DNA from: an uncultured Planctomycetales bacterium
Lineage (GTDB): Bacteria; Omnitrophota; Gorgyraeia; Zapsychrales; JANLHA01
Reading direction: 5' to 3'
Assembly (NCBI GenBank): GCA_964474085.1
Contig: CAYYRJ010000006.1
Location: 29,514-93,513 of the forward strand
DNA length: 64,000 nt
Shown here in pieces: positions 1-8,792 of the stretch (position 1 is the stretch's first letter; every line of letters starts with the position of its first letter). A program made the position numbers and the translations under genes. Below the pieces are notes generated by a model. It had not been told where the DNA came from. It saw only the letters and a list, made by a program, of their open reading frames with translations, and did no database searches.

Positions 1-1
1 T

Positions 2-1420
2 ACTGCGCAAAATGTTCGTGATAATGTCGTGAAAGTTTTTGTCACGTCCAATCGCATGGATTATTTTCGCCCATGGCAGTCTGTTGGAAGTTCCGCGGCG
101 AGTGGTTCGGGTTGTATCATTGCCGGGAACCGTATTTTGACAAATGCCCACGTCGTTGATTCCGCAACGTTTATTCAGGTGCGCAAAGAAGCAGACCCGC
201 GCAAATATACGGCGAAGATTGAAGCTATTGGCCATGACTCGGATTTGGCTTTGCTTTCTGTCAGTGATCCGGAATTTTTTAAAGATACGACACCGGCGGT
301 TTTAGGGGAGTTGCCTTTTTTGCAAGATTCTGTCATCGTGATGGGGTTTCCTGAAGGGGGCGATAAAATTTCTATTACCGGCGGAGTTGTTTCTCGCATA
401 GAGCTTGTCCCGTATTCGAAGAGCGGTAAAAAACTTCTCGCCGTCCAAATTGACGCCGCGATCAATCCCGGCAACAGCGGCGGGCCGGTTTATCAAAACG
501 GCAAGGTGATTGGCATTGCGATGCAGGTGATGAATAATTCGCAAAATATCGGCTATATTATTCCAACGCCGATTATAAATCATTTTCTCGACGATATTAA
601 AGATGCGCGGGTCGATGGGTTTCCGCAACTTGGCATTGATGTGCGCAATACCGAAAATAAATCTTTAAGGGAGTTTTATCATATTGAAAATTCTAAAGGC
701 GGGGTATTGGTTACCCGTGTTGCCCAGCATGCTCCAGCAAAAAATATTTTGAAAGAAGGAGACACGATTATCGAAGTTGAAAATGTTCCACTTGCCGTCG
801 ACGGAACGTACGAATTTCGAAAAGATGAGCGGCTTTTTTTTACGCATTTAGTCAATAGCAAGCATATCGGCGAGTCGCTGGGACTGAAAATTATTCGTGA
901 AAGCAAGCCCGTATTCGTCAATGTCAAATTAACCGAATTTACAGGTCTTGTTCCACCGCCGGAGTATTTTGAAAAACCGCCGTATTACATTTATGGCGGT
1001 TTAATTTTTAGTGTCTTGAGCGCGGATCTTTTAAAAGCGTGGGGTCAGAACTGGTGGGAAAAAGCGCCTGTTCCTTTTTTGAATTACATTGTTGGGACAG
1101 GGGTCCTCAATGAAAAGGGAAGTCGGGAAATTGTTGTTTTGCTCGATGTTCTTCCGGATGACATCAATGTGGGATATCTCGACTTTGGCAATGAAGTGAT
1201 TTCCAAAGTCAATGGGGAGGAGTTTAGATCTTTCCAGGAATTTGTCAAGCTCGTCGAGAAAAACGCTTCTCCATACTGCGTTTTTCAAACAGAACAGAAA
1301 GAAGAAATTATTTTGAATACCAAACAAATCAACTCCATTACAAAAGAAATTTTAGGGCGTAATAATATTCCAGCTCAATATTCAGCTGATGTTGCAAAAT
1401 GGTTAACTTCTTCAGAATAA
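2..1420 (+). CDS. Trypsin-like serine protease of the S1C (DegP/HtrA/Deg) family, 5'-truncated by the window edge
   Basis: The reading frame is open from base 2; the ORF track starts at an internal GTG at 29. Catalytic-serine motif GNSGGP, a His-containing LTNAHVV block and C-terminal PDZ-like sequence are present. Confidence 0.8.
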   Translation, partial: TAQNVRDNVVKVFVTSNRMDYFRPWQSVGSSAASGSGCIIAGNRILTNAHVVDSATFIQVRKEADPRKYTAKIEAIGHDSDLALLSVSDPEFFKDTTPAVLGELPFLQDSVIVMGFPEGGDKISITGGVVSRIELVPYSKSGKKLLAVQIDAAINPGNSGGPVYQNGKVIGIAMQVMNNSQNIGYIIPTPIINHFLDDIKDARVDGFPQLGIDVRNTENKSLREFYHIENSKGGVLVTRVAQHAPAKNILKEGDTIIEVENVPLAVDGTYEFRKDERLFFTHLVNSKHIGESLGLKIIRESKPVFVNVKLTEFTGLVPPPEYFEKPPYYIYGGLIFSVLSADLLKAWGQNWWEKAPVPFLNYIVGTGVLNEKGSREIVVLLDVLPDDINVGYLDFGNEVISKVNGEEFRSFQEFVKLVEKNASPYCVFQTEQKEEIILNTKQINSITKEILGRNNIPAQYSADVAKWLTSSE

Positions 1421-1444
1421 ATTTTTTCTGGTCATTTGTTTTAC

Positions 1445-1472
1445 TTGTCAAAATTCTTTAGATATGTATAAT
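1445..1472 (+). promoter_or_regulatory. Sigma70-like promoter candidate (TTGTCA, 16-nt spacer, TATAAT) upstream of the secreted-protein cluster
   Basis: TTGTCA at 1445-1450 and TATAAT at 1467-1472. The -10 overlaps the first ATG of the 1464 ORF, so the real start may be the ATG at 1479 (a leaderless or very short leader). Confidence 0.25.
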
Positions 1473-2858
1473 ACGTGTATGCAAAAATTTATTTTTCGTC
1501 ATTTCGTTTTTGTCGTTGTCGCGATGATCAGTTTATTTTGTTTTACGACGAGAGCAAATGCCACTTTGGATTTTTCCGTTGTCCCTGTCAATGGGGGAGC
1601 GGATCTTCGATTTACCCGCGGGGATTTGGGTTCAAACATCGGTAAAGAAGTTCGAATCCGCGTGACCTCCAGTGATAATGTCCAATACCAAGTTTTTCAG
1701 CAAATCATTAGTCCTTTTACCAATGAACGGGGTGTAACGCTTAATCGTCCGGTTCTTGAAGCCAATGTTGCGCAGGGATCCAATACGGCCGGAATAATTT
1801 ATTTACCAAGTTTTGAGCCTGTCAATGCGGCTGAACAACTTTTGTTTACATCTTCGCCGAGTGGGCAAAGCGACTCTTTAACAATCGTTTATCGTGTGAA
1901 TACGGCTCTATTGTCTGACTCTGGTAGTTTCAATGGACAGATTTTGTACACAGTTCGTCCTATAGGTGGCGGGCAGCGCCAAAGTGCTCAGACGACTGTA
2001 TTTATAGAGTCTAATTCTGATCTGACAGTTGATTTGGAGTCTTCGAATGGGCATAATTTGGTGCGAATTGATACGAGTCGTGAGAGCAGTTCATCGTTTG
2101 TTAATTTGAGTTTTTCCGGGAATCTTGGAGGGAGTGTTAAGGTTTATCAAGAGGTAGTCAGGTATCCGGTAGATGACTTGAATTTGGAATTGGCTTCTGG
2201 TATACTCAGTACTGTCAGTAGTGGTGGTCAGCAAGGTCAGTTGAGTTTTCAGAGCCCGGCTGAAATACCCCGTAACCGGGAGCTCATTTACAAATCAGAT
2301 CAACAGTCAGACTCGTTCTCGGTCAAGTTCTTTTTGGCCCCTGAAAAACTGTTATTGCAAAAAGCCGGTTCGTATCACGGCTTAGTGCATTACACTGTCG
2401 AAACAGAAACGATGCAAAAAGATTTTGACGTTGATGTTGATATTTCCATTGCACCGATTTTTGAAATTATTATGGATTTCCCGCAAGGGCCCATGAATTT
2501 TGCGAATATCTTGCCCGGTCAAAAACCTGTTCTTAAAGAAGTAAACGTAAAAGTCAAAACAAACCTTGGACGGCCGTATTCAGTCATCCAGCATTTGCCT
2601 GATTTATTGACGAATGAGAAAGCTGAAAGTGTTCCTGGCAAGTACTTTATGTATAAAGTTCAAACAACAAGTGATTCAACGGCTGTTAATTCAGCAGTTG
2701 ATTTTGTCCCGGTACCAAAGGGGGACAAGGAAATACTTACTTCAGATTCGAAAGGAAGTCCCGAAGAGTTTAAAGTGTTTTATCAGTTGAGTCCTTTTGA
2801 AGGGATGCATGCTGGAGATTATCGGTCAGAGATAAAATATTCTTTGGGAGAACTATAG
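1464..2858 (+). CDS. Secreted hypothetical protein of about 460 aa, beta-rich, possible adhesin-like component
   Basis: Long ORF. An N-terminal signal peptide (MQKFIFRHFVFVVVAMISLFCFTTRANA) follows the alternative start at 1479. I recognise no conserved catalytic motif. It is the first gene of a run of signal-peptide proteins. Confidence 0.55.
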   Translation: MYNTCMQKFIFRHFVFVVVAMISLFCFTTRANATLDFSVVPVNGGADLRFTRGDLGSNIGKEVRIRVTSSDNVQYQVFQQIISPFTNERGVTLNRPVLEANVAQGSNTAGIIYLPSFEPVNAAEQLLFTSSPSGQSDSLTIVYRVNTALLSDSGSFNGQILYTVRPIGGGQRQSAQTTVFIESNSDLTVDLESSNGHNLVRIDTSRESSSSFVNLSFSGNLGGSVKVYQEVVRYPVDDLNLELASGILSTVSSGGQQGQLSFQSPAEIPRNRELIYKSDQQSDSFSVKFFLAPEKLLLQKAGSYHGLVHYTVETETMQKDFDVDVDISIAPIFEIIMDFPQGPMNFANILPGQKPVLKEVNVKVKTNLGRPYSVIQHLPDLLTNEKAESVPGKYFMYKVQTTSDSTAVNSAVDFVPVPKGDKEILTSDSKGSPEEFKVFYQLSPFEGMHAGDYRSEIKYSLGEL

Positions 2859-2947
2859 TTATAAAATTCTCATGAGAGGAGGTGGATCGGGGAGAAAAAA
2901 TGTTTAAGGTTAAGTATTTTAATGCAAAATTAAGAGAGGGTAAAAAA

Positions 2948-3556
2948 ATGAAAAAAATTATATTGTCTATCGCAGGTGTGCTGGCGTTGTCGTCAGTCGC
3001 TTTAGCTGCATCTATCGGGACGTTTCCGATTTCTGTAATTATTCCGGCTGCAACATCAGTTACGTTTAAAGTAGCAAAAGTTGTTGGTACCACGTTTACA
3101 GATAATGGGTCGTCCAATTTGAACTTTAGCGTTGCCTATAATACAACGGCAAATGCTTATTTAGCCGAGCAGTATTTTGCGATTGACTTGGCGCCGGATG
3201 GTGCTGCATCATATTCGTCAATCACTTTTGGATATTCAGGCCAAACGAATCCTGTTGGACAGACCGATGGGTTAGATAAAAAAGCGACAATGACTCCTGT
3301 TAAAGTCGTTGGGACAGACGAAACTCCTTTAGCGGGTTATGGCGTTCCATTAGGGGGCACTTTACCGACGATTACCAATGCTCAGGTATCCGGTGGTTTC
3401 TTACGCGTTTATGTTGGTTTAGCGACCGGCGAGTTAATTGGTGGCAGCGGAGCTGATGCAGGAGACCCTAAAATCCCTGGATCTGTACCGTTTGTCGCTA
3501 CTGACAAAATTGGTAACTACGGCGGAACCTTGAAAATTACTGCAACCTTAGTATAA
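2948..3556 (+). CDS. Small secreted protein of about 200 aa, pilin/fimbrial-subunit-like
   Basis: The RBS GAGAGGG precedes the ATG at 2948. There is a signal peptide (MKKIILSIAGVLALSSVALA). The protein is Gly/Thr-rich and beta-rich with a C-terminal alternating hydrophobic strand (TLKITATLV), as in donor-strand pilins. The ORF track start at 2882 is probably too early. Confidence 0.5.
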   Translation: MKKIILSIAGVLALSSVALAASIGTFPISVIIPAATSVTFKVAKVVGTTFTDNGSSNLNFSVAYNTTANAYLAEQYFAIDLAPDGAASYSSITFGYSGQTNPVGQTDGLDKKATMTPVKVVGTDETPLAGYGVPLGGTLPTITNAQVSGGFLRVYVGLATGELIGGSGADAGDPKIPGSVPFVATDKIGNYGGTLKITATLV

Positions 3557-3583
3557 GTGTAAGGAAGCGTAAATGAAAAAGTA

Positions 3584-3618
3584 AGAGGGCAGGGGGAAAC
3601 TCCTCGCCCTCTTATTTT
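3584..3618 (+). terminator. Rho-independent terminator candidate after the pilin-like gene
   Basis: Stem AGAGGGC...GCCCTCT followed by TATTTT. Confidence 0.5.
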
Positions 3619-3630
3619 AGAAAGGGGTTT

Positions 3631-4443
3631 ATGCGGTCAAAAATTTTAGGTTTGGCTAGTTTTATCCTGATCAGCTTATTTTCATCGAATGGCTATGCGC
3701 AGGTGATGATCGAGCAGGGCAAGATTGTTATTAAAGCTAATCCAGCCGAGTCAGTTGTTAACACCATTACTGTTCATAACACTTCTAAACAGGCTGCAAT
3801 CCATTTGCGGGCGTATTGGGAAGATTTTGTTTATATCGCTCCTTTTGATGAAGGTAAAAAAGATTTTACAGCCGCCGGAACGGGACCTTATTCCGCAAGC
3901 CGTTTTGTTAATTTTTCACCGCAAGAATTTACAATAAAACCTGGTGGGACGCAAAAAGTTAGTTACGCAATACAAATGCCGGAGGATGCCAAAGGTGGGT
4001 ATTATGGGACTTTATTTTTAGAGGAGTCTGGGGAAAAAGCCACGTCTAAAATCGGCGTTAGTATTGTAACGCGTATTGGATCTTTATTCTTTATAGAATC
4101 AACCGATAGCAAAAAAACTGGATTAATCGATAATCATCAGGTTGCCGGTAATCAAATTACTGCGGATTTTACTAACACCGGAAACGTGATCATGATTCCT
4201 GACTCGACATATTATGTTTTAGATAAGGACGGTATGGTCGCTGACCGAGGCGACATTAAAAAGTTTTATTTACCCCCTGACAAAAAATTTTCGTATAAAA
4301 TTGACTTAAACAAAGATTTATCCGCTGGTGCATACACGCTTATTTCAACATTTGATCTTGGTGATGGCGAAAATCTGACTGATGAGTTGGATTTTGTAAA
4401 AAATGTCGACGCAACGATTGCCATTACGCCCAAGGCTCGGTAG
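3631..4443 (+). CDS. Secreted protein of about 270 aa with a PapD-like periplasmic chaperone pattern
   Basis: Signal peptide (MRSKILGLASFILISLFSSNGYA). The N-terminal domain shows the spacing of conserved hydrophobic, Asn, Trp, Pro and Asp-Glu positions seen in PapD-like or MSP-fold chaperones (ITVHNTSKQAAIHLRAYWEDF ... FSPQEFTIKPGGTQKVSYAIQMPEDAKGGYYGTLFLEE). This is inference only. Confidence 0.45.
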   Translation: MRSKILGLASFILISLFSSNGYAQVMIEQGKIVIKANPAESVVNTITVHNTSKQAAIHLRAYWEDFVYIAPFDEGKKDFTAAGTGPYSASRFVNFSPQEFTIKPGGTQKVSYAIQMPEDAKGGYYGTLFLEESGEKATSKIGVSIVTRIGSLFFIESTDSKKTGLIDNHQVAGNQITADFTNTGNVIMIPDSTYYVLDKDGMVADRGDIKKFYLPPDKKFSYKIDLNKDLSAGAYTLISTFDLGDGENLTDELDFVKNVDATIAITPKAR

Positions 4444-4566
4444 TTTGACTTTTGATCGTAACTAGTTTTGTTATATCGCTGTATTTATGAAATTTTGTTG
4501 TCTGAACAGTTTTATGTGGGAGTGCCTGTTAGGACAATGAGACTTAAAGGGGGCAGTACTTTTGTT

Positions 4567-7410
4567 ATGTTAAAAAAGTTTATTTTAGTCCTGCTTCTTT
4601 TTCTTCAGATTCTCTTGTGCCCCTCGAAGGTTCATGCCGAGTATGAAAGTATCTATAATTATTATATAGAGCTTGGTTTGGACGCTCTGTATGAAAAAAA
4701 GTTCGAGGATGCGATTTTTTATTTCAAAACGGCGCATGCCATTGACCCTTCCCGTGATAAAGCGCGCGAGTATATCAATCTCTCCAAACGTCTTAAAGAT
4801 GAACAATTAAATGGCATTGTTGCAAAATCACCGACGGATAGTTCTTGGATTTCTCTCGAAGGCCCTGATCCAGTAAAAAATACCGACACAGAGCTTTCTC
4901 ATACTGTGGCTCAACAAATGTTGCGATCTAAAATTCCCCAAGGAAGTGTTGTTCGTCCAGTCGTTAAATATGATCCTAAAGCTCCTCTTGTTAAACAAAA
5001 AAAACTTCCTGGCGCTATTATTCCATCTGGAGTGCAAACTAATTCTCTCGAGTTGCGTGATGCGCAGGAGCTGAAACTCGATGATGTGCTTTGGAGTAAA
5101 CATACAAACTTGATTTTAGAGTTGAAAGTTGATGAGAGTGTTATTTTAGTTGGTAACAATATTCAGAGATATCTTTCTGTCACAGAAGGAATATTAGAAG
5201 TATCCCGCATCAACCCGGATCGTATTAAACTTAAAGGTCTAAAGCGCGGCAATACAATTTTTTACGTTTGGGACCAAAAAGGCCGATGGATTTTTAATGT
5301 CCACTGCATCTATACCTCTGCCTCGGAACTTGCAAAATTACAAAAGCTTCAGGAGTCAGACGCACAGTTATTTAAGCTTGAGTATAGCAATAACTGGAGT
5401 ACTCTTCATAGTGGACAAAATTTAGGAAGTATGACCCGCAAATATTTAAACTTTACAAACTGGCTTGGAGTTTTTGGCGACACGCCTTACGGTAAGTTTG
5501 ATGCAGCGGTAAATACTTATATGTATCCTAATTCTACCGAGATTGTCGGGCAAACAATCGGGTTAAGCAATGGACACGTAGGACCTTTTAATGACTTTTC
5601 GCTGCGTGGTTATGACGCCTATACAGGTCTTACGAGTTTGACATTACCGGGTCGATATTTTAGAGGGGTACTTTTAGACGCGTATGCTTTTAAACATCGG
5701 TTGGCTTATTCATATTTTCATGGCCAGGATCAGTCGACAGTGATCTTTTTGGGTTCTGGGGCGAGACAGACAAGGCAGTCATATATTGAAGGCGGTAAAT
5801 TGACATTAAATCCCTACCAACCGACGAATTATTCCTTGAATTATGTTCGTGGTTGGGGGGAAGGAAGGCCTGAGGATTTTGTTAAACGGGTTATTTCAGG
5901 TCAGGTTGAGCATAAAAGAAAAGAAATCCGGCTTGTCGGAGAACTCGCGTCGGATGATAAACATTATGCAAGTACTATCGCATCCTCTTTTGAACGGTCG
6001 AATTTTAAGATGAATTTGAATTTGCGCGATATCGAAAAAGGATATCAGACGATTTATGGGCCGGCAAATGGAACAGGACAAGTCGGAACGCTGTTAAATT
6101 ATTTTTGGAATCCCTCGGGGATGGATATTTCTGGTTATTTAGATATTTATCGTGATCGCAGTTTGCCAAATCCGGACAACCCGCATGGTCTTAATTTTGA
6201 TTGGTCGAATTCTTATAATAAGCAATTGGATCATTTGTCGCAATGGGGGATAAATTTTGCGTATACAAATAACTCGCAAACTGTTTCGCCGCGACAAAAT
6301 GCGCAGTTAGGTGGCATGTATTCAAAGACTTTTGAATTAGGTCGCTTTAGAACAATTTCGCTTTTTTCTGGACCGACGATTCAATGGAGTCGTTATAAGG
6401 ACACGCCAACTGCAGACTTTGATCGCTATAATTTGCGCAGCGGGTTTCGTGCGAATTTGATCCAGAATTTGTCTTACTTTTTTACTTACGACTATATTTG
6501 GGTTCGTGATGTTGCGCGCGAGCAATTCTCGAATCCTGCAACGCTTGATACTGGTTTTTATTATCATTTTAAATTAACAGACGAACTTTATTTAACGTCG
6601 GATATTTCTTATCACCGAGAGAAATTTACATCAAGTCCGTTTGGATTTTTGTCTGGGCAAGATAATGTTTCAAATAGTTTAAGTTTGACTTATCACCCAC
6701 AACCTGGAATAGAAATTTATTTAGATAGTCAATTAAGGCATGTCATGCCACAAAATAATCGGTCATTTGACGAATTATATTTAACAACAGGAATGAAAGG
6801 TTCGTGGGATTTGCCTTTCAAATGGAATCCTTTGGGGGAAATCCGCGGAATTGTCTATAAAGATTATAACGGTAATGCAACTCAGGATGAAGGAGAGCCT
6901 GGAATTTATGGGATAAAGGTTTTGGCCGGTCATTGGGAAACATATACGAATGATAATGGCGAGTATTTGCTGACCGTACGGGCCAAGAAAGTTGCCGTGA
7001 GTTTGGATTTGCGAACAGTACCTCAGGGTTTTGTTTTTTCAACAGCGCTTTCGCGGGACGTTGAAATTCAAAACAATAAAGCTAAAGTCGTAAATTTTGG
7101 TCTGACGGCTAGATCTGGAATTTATGGAGTTGCCTATTTTGATGTGAACGGGGATGGTATGCCAAATCTAGGGGATAAATTTTTGGGTAATGTTGTTGTC
7201 CGTTTAGTCGATACCGGAGAGATAACCAAAACAGACGCCAGCGGTTCTTACTTTTTTGAAAACATTGACCCGGGGAAACACAAAATTCGAATTTCAATCG
7301 GCTCGATTCCAAAAGAATATCTGCCGGCCGTTAAGGTCGAGGACGAGGTTGAAGTCGTAGAAGGAATAACCTACGTTTATAACATTCCGGTCAAACTTAA
7401 AAAACCTTAA
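4567..7410 (+). CDS. Large (about 947 aa) outer-membrane-type protein: signal peptide, TPR-like segment, pilus-formation N-terminal-like (CpaC/RcpA N) segment, central aromatic/Asn-rich beta-barrel-like region and two C-terminal Cna-B/carboxypeptidase-regulatory-like beta-sandwich repeats
   Basis: The signal peptide starts at the ATG at 4567 (MLKKFILVLLLFLQILLCPSKVHA). The segment SVILVGNNIQRYLSVTEGILEVSRINPDRIKLKGLKRGNTIFYVWDQKGRW resembles the T2SS/T3SS pilus N domain. Alternating hydrophobic beta-strand patterns are rich in Y/W/N/S/T. The C-terminal repeats include GIVYKDYNGNATQDEGEPGIYGIKVL and GVAYFDVNGDGMPNLGDKFLGNVVVRL. Confidence 0.55.
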   Translation: MLKKFILVLLLFLQILLCPSKVHAEYESIYNYYIELGLDALYEKKFEDAIFYFKTAHAIDPSRDKAREYINLSKRLKDEQLNGIVAKSPTDSSWISLEGPDPVKNTDTELSHTVAQQMLRSKIPQGSVVRPVVKYDPKAPLVKQKKLPGAIIPSGVQTNSLELRDAQELKLDDVLWSKHTNLILELKVDESVILVGNNIQRYLSVTEGILEVSRINPDRIKLKGLKRGNTIFYVWDQKGRWIFNVHCIYTSASELAKLQKLQESDAQLFKLEYSNNWSTLHSGQNLGSMTRKYLNFTNWLGVFGDTPYGKFDAAVNTYMYPNSTEIVGQTIGLSNGHVGPFNDFSLRGYDAYTGLTSLTLPGRYFRGVLLDAYAFKHRLAYSYFHGQDQSTVIFLGSGARQTRQSYIEGGKLTLNPYQPTNYSLNYVRGWGEGRPEDFVKRVISGQVEHKRKEIRLVGELASDDKHYASTIASSFERSNFKMNLNLRDIEKGYQTIYGPANGTGQVGTLLNYFWNPSGMDISGYLDIYRDRSLPNPDNPHGLNFDWSNSYNKQLDHLSQWGINFAYTNNSQTVSPRQNAQLGGMYSKTFELGRFRTISLFSGPTIQWSRYKDTPTADFDRYNLRSGFRANLIQNLSYFFTYDYIWVRDVAREQFSNPATLDTGFYYHFKLTDELYLTSDISYHREKFTSSPFGFLSGQDNVSNSLSLTYHPQPGIEIYLDSQLRHVMPQNNRSFDELYLTTGMKGSWDLPFKWNPLGEIRGIVYKDYNGNATQDEGEPGIYGIKVLAGHWETYTNDNGEYLLTVRAKKVAVSLDLRTVPQGFVFSTALSRDVEIQNNKAKVVNFGLTARSGIYGVAYFDVNGDGMPNLGDKFLGNVVVRLVDTGEITKTDASGSYFFENIDPGKHKIRISIGSIPKEYLPAVKVEDEVEVVEGITYVYNIPVKLKKP

Positions 7411-7420
7411 TCTAAATCGT

Positions 7421-7714
7421 TTATTTGACAACTAAAGTCCTTAAAACGATTTGTTGATGCTCGCGTACGGTATTGATCGAAGTAAAATTTGTTTCCGAAT
7501 TACTAAAAACTTCATCTGTTGAATTTGCTCCTAGATTTGTCCCCAAAAGCGCATTATTTGCCTTGAGTTGACTGTCGACGTTTAGGCCGATAATCGGTGG
7601 AATATAGACCGAAAGTCTAAACTCTTGGGTAAATGTTCCCCCTGCATAGCAGATTGCTGTTACCAGAATGCTTTGGGCCAAAATGGTGAAGAAGATGAGT
7701 ATCCATCTTTTCAT
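7421..7714 (-). CDS. Small secreted protein of 97 aa
   Basis: Signal peptide MKRWILIFFTILAQSILVTAICYAGG. It lies divergent from the cluster above and is preceded on its own strand by a terminator hairpin. Confidence 0.45.
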   Translation of the reverse strand: MKRWILIFFTILAQSILVTAICYAGGTFTQEFRLSVYIPPIIGLNVDSQLKANNALLGTNLGANSTDEVFSNSETNFTSINTVREHQQIVLRTLVVK

Positions 7715-7733
7715 TTTGCACCCCTTTCTCCAC

Positions 7734-7765
7734 GAAAAAAGCCCATTGCAGCGACTGCAAAGGGC
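7734..7765 (-). terminator. Intrinsic terminator on the minus strand, 20 nt upstream of the start codon of the small secreted-protein gene (attenuator or sRNA terminator)
   Basis: Minus-strand RNA GCCCUUUGCAG-UCG-CUGCAAUGGGC has 10 of 11 base pairs, followed by UUUUUU. No minus-strand ORF lies upstream of it. Confidence 0.5.
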
Positions 7766-8000
7766 TCGTGGTTAACGAAAACCGGTTAATAAATGGTTTA
7801 CGGCAGCCAGACAACCATGCTCATTTTGGAGGTTAGGTTCACGGCTTTGCCCTGGCGCTTTTAAGAAGTGCCAGGATCCCTTGGGAGGGATGTCCTACCC
7901 TTTCGGGTAGTTTGCCTTTGCTAATTGTCACTTGGAGTATAACATGCCCAAACGCGAAAAACCAGCTAGCCTGAAAGTAAATTTTATGCATCAGCGACGG
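7766..8000 (-). promoter_or_regulatory. Candidate structured leader or riboswitch-like RNA with c-di-GMP-I (GEMM)-like sequence blocks
   Basis: The minus-strand RNA contains GGCAAAC, a GNRA hairpin (UACCC-GAAA-GGGUA), GGAC, and later GCAAAGCC. Several further hairpins are present, for example CCUGGC...GCCAGG. It is not a clean match to the consensus. Confidence 0.2.
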
Positions 8001-8112
8001 GGAGTGAAAGCGGTTTCTTTGTTGGACAGGATTTTTGTTCCAGGAGACTTCCGGTTGACCACAGGAGGTATTTTGTCTATAATCTAATACGTTTTATAAC
8101 CTATTTAAATAT

Positions 8113-8790
8113 ATGAATATCGCAGCCGCAAAAATTAAAATTAGGACTAAAGCCGTTATCTTTGATATGGATGGTGTTATTACTGATACTATGCCAGACC
8201 ATTTTAAAGCGTGGCAGAGTGTTTTGAAATTGCGCGGAATCAATGTCTCGCATTTTGACATTTATCGGCGTGAAGGCCAGCGTGGAATTGAGAGTGTTAA
8301 AGAGATTTTTCTTGATTACAATCATCCCTTTGATTTAAAAGTTGCGAATGAAATTTTATTAGAAAAAGAAGAGCTCTTTAAGAAAAACACCCGCAATCGT
8401 TTTATCGTCGGGACGCGAAGTTTATTGAAGTTTCTGCATAAAAGCAGTTTTGTTCTTGCGCTTGTTACAGGGACGGCGCGCCACGAAATGCTGCGAATTC
8501 TGCCAAAAGAAATTTATGATTTGTTTACCGTTGTGGTGACCGGTAACGATGTGATTAATGGTAAGCCATCACCAGAGCCGTATCTTTTGGCGCTTGAAAA
8601 GTTGGCGTTTGAACCAGCTGATGCAATTGTCGTTGAAAATGCGCCTTTTGGCATTGCTTCTGCCAAGGCGGCCGACTTGCGGTGTTTGGCAATAGCAACT
8701 TCTTTGCCACCCAAATATTTGCATGAGGCTGACGAAGTCTTTTTGTCGGTCAAGGATTTGCGCAAAAATATTGATTTTAGTTTAACGTAA
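8113..8790 (+). CDS. HAD-superfamily hydrolase (beta-phosphoglucomutase-like, HAD-IA)
   Basis: DxDG motif VIFDMDGVITDT. The size and C-terminal HAD motifs fit. Confidence 0.7.
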   Translation: MNIAAAKIKIRTKAVIFDMDGVITDTMPDHFKAWQSVLKLRGINVSHFDIYRREGQRGIESVKEIFLDYNHPFDLKVANEILLEKEELFKKNTRNRFIVGTRSLLKFLHKSSFVLALVTGTARHEMLRILPKEIYDLFTVVVTGNDVINGKPSPEPYLLALEKLAFEPADAIVVENAPFGIASAKAADLRCLAIATSLPPKYLHEADEVFLSVKDLRKNIDFSLT

Positions 8791-8792
8791 AA

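Noticed and set aside
3725-3937. Small alternative-frame and antisense ORFs inside confidently assigned genes (for example 3725-3937, 12289-12525, 21557-22216, 59473-59952, 41991-42395)
   Set aside because: They are embedded in, or antisense to, well-conserved coding regions, have no start context, and have low-complexity or Arg-rich translations typical of the off-frame of GC-richer genes.
4567-7410. The 947-aa outer-membrane-type protein as a secretin (GspD, PilQ or RcpA)
   Set aside because: It has a pilus-N-like segment but lacks a recognisable C-terminal secretin domain, and ends with Cna-B-like repeats. An usher-like or novel barrel is more consistent.
7715-8112. Long intergenic region as tmRNA, RNase P RNA, SRP RNA or 6S RNA
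   Set aside because: I could not find the conserved RNase P P4 strings, the tmRNA tag-peptide reading frame with a 3' CCA-like end, or the SRP domain IV motif on either strand. Only a riboswitch or leader-like possibility is retained.
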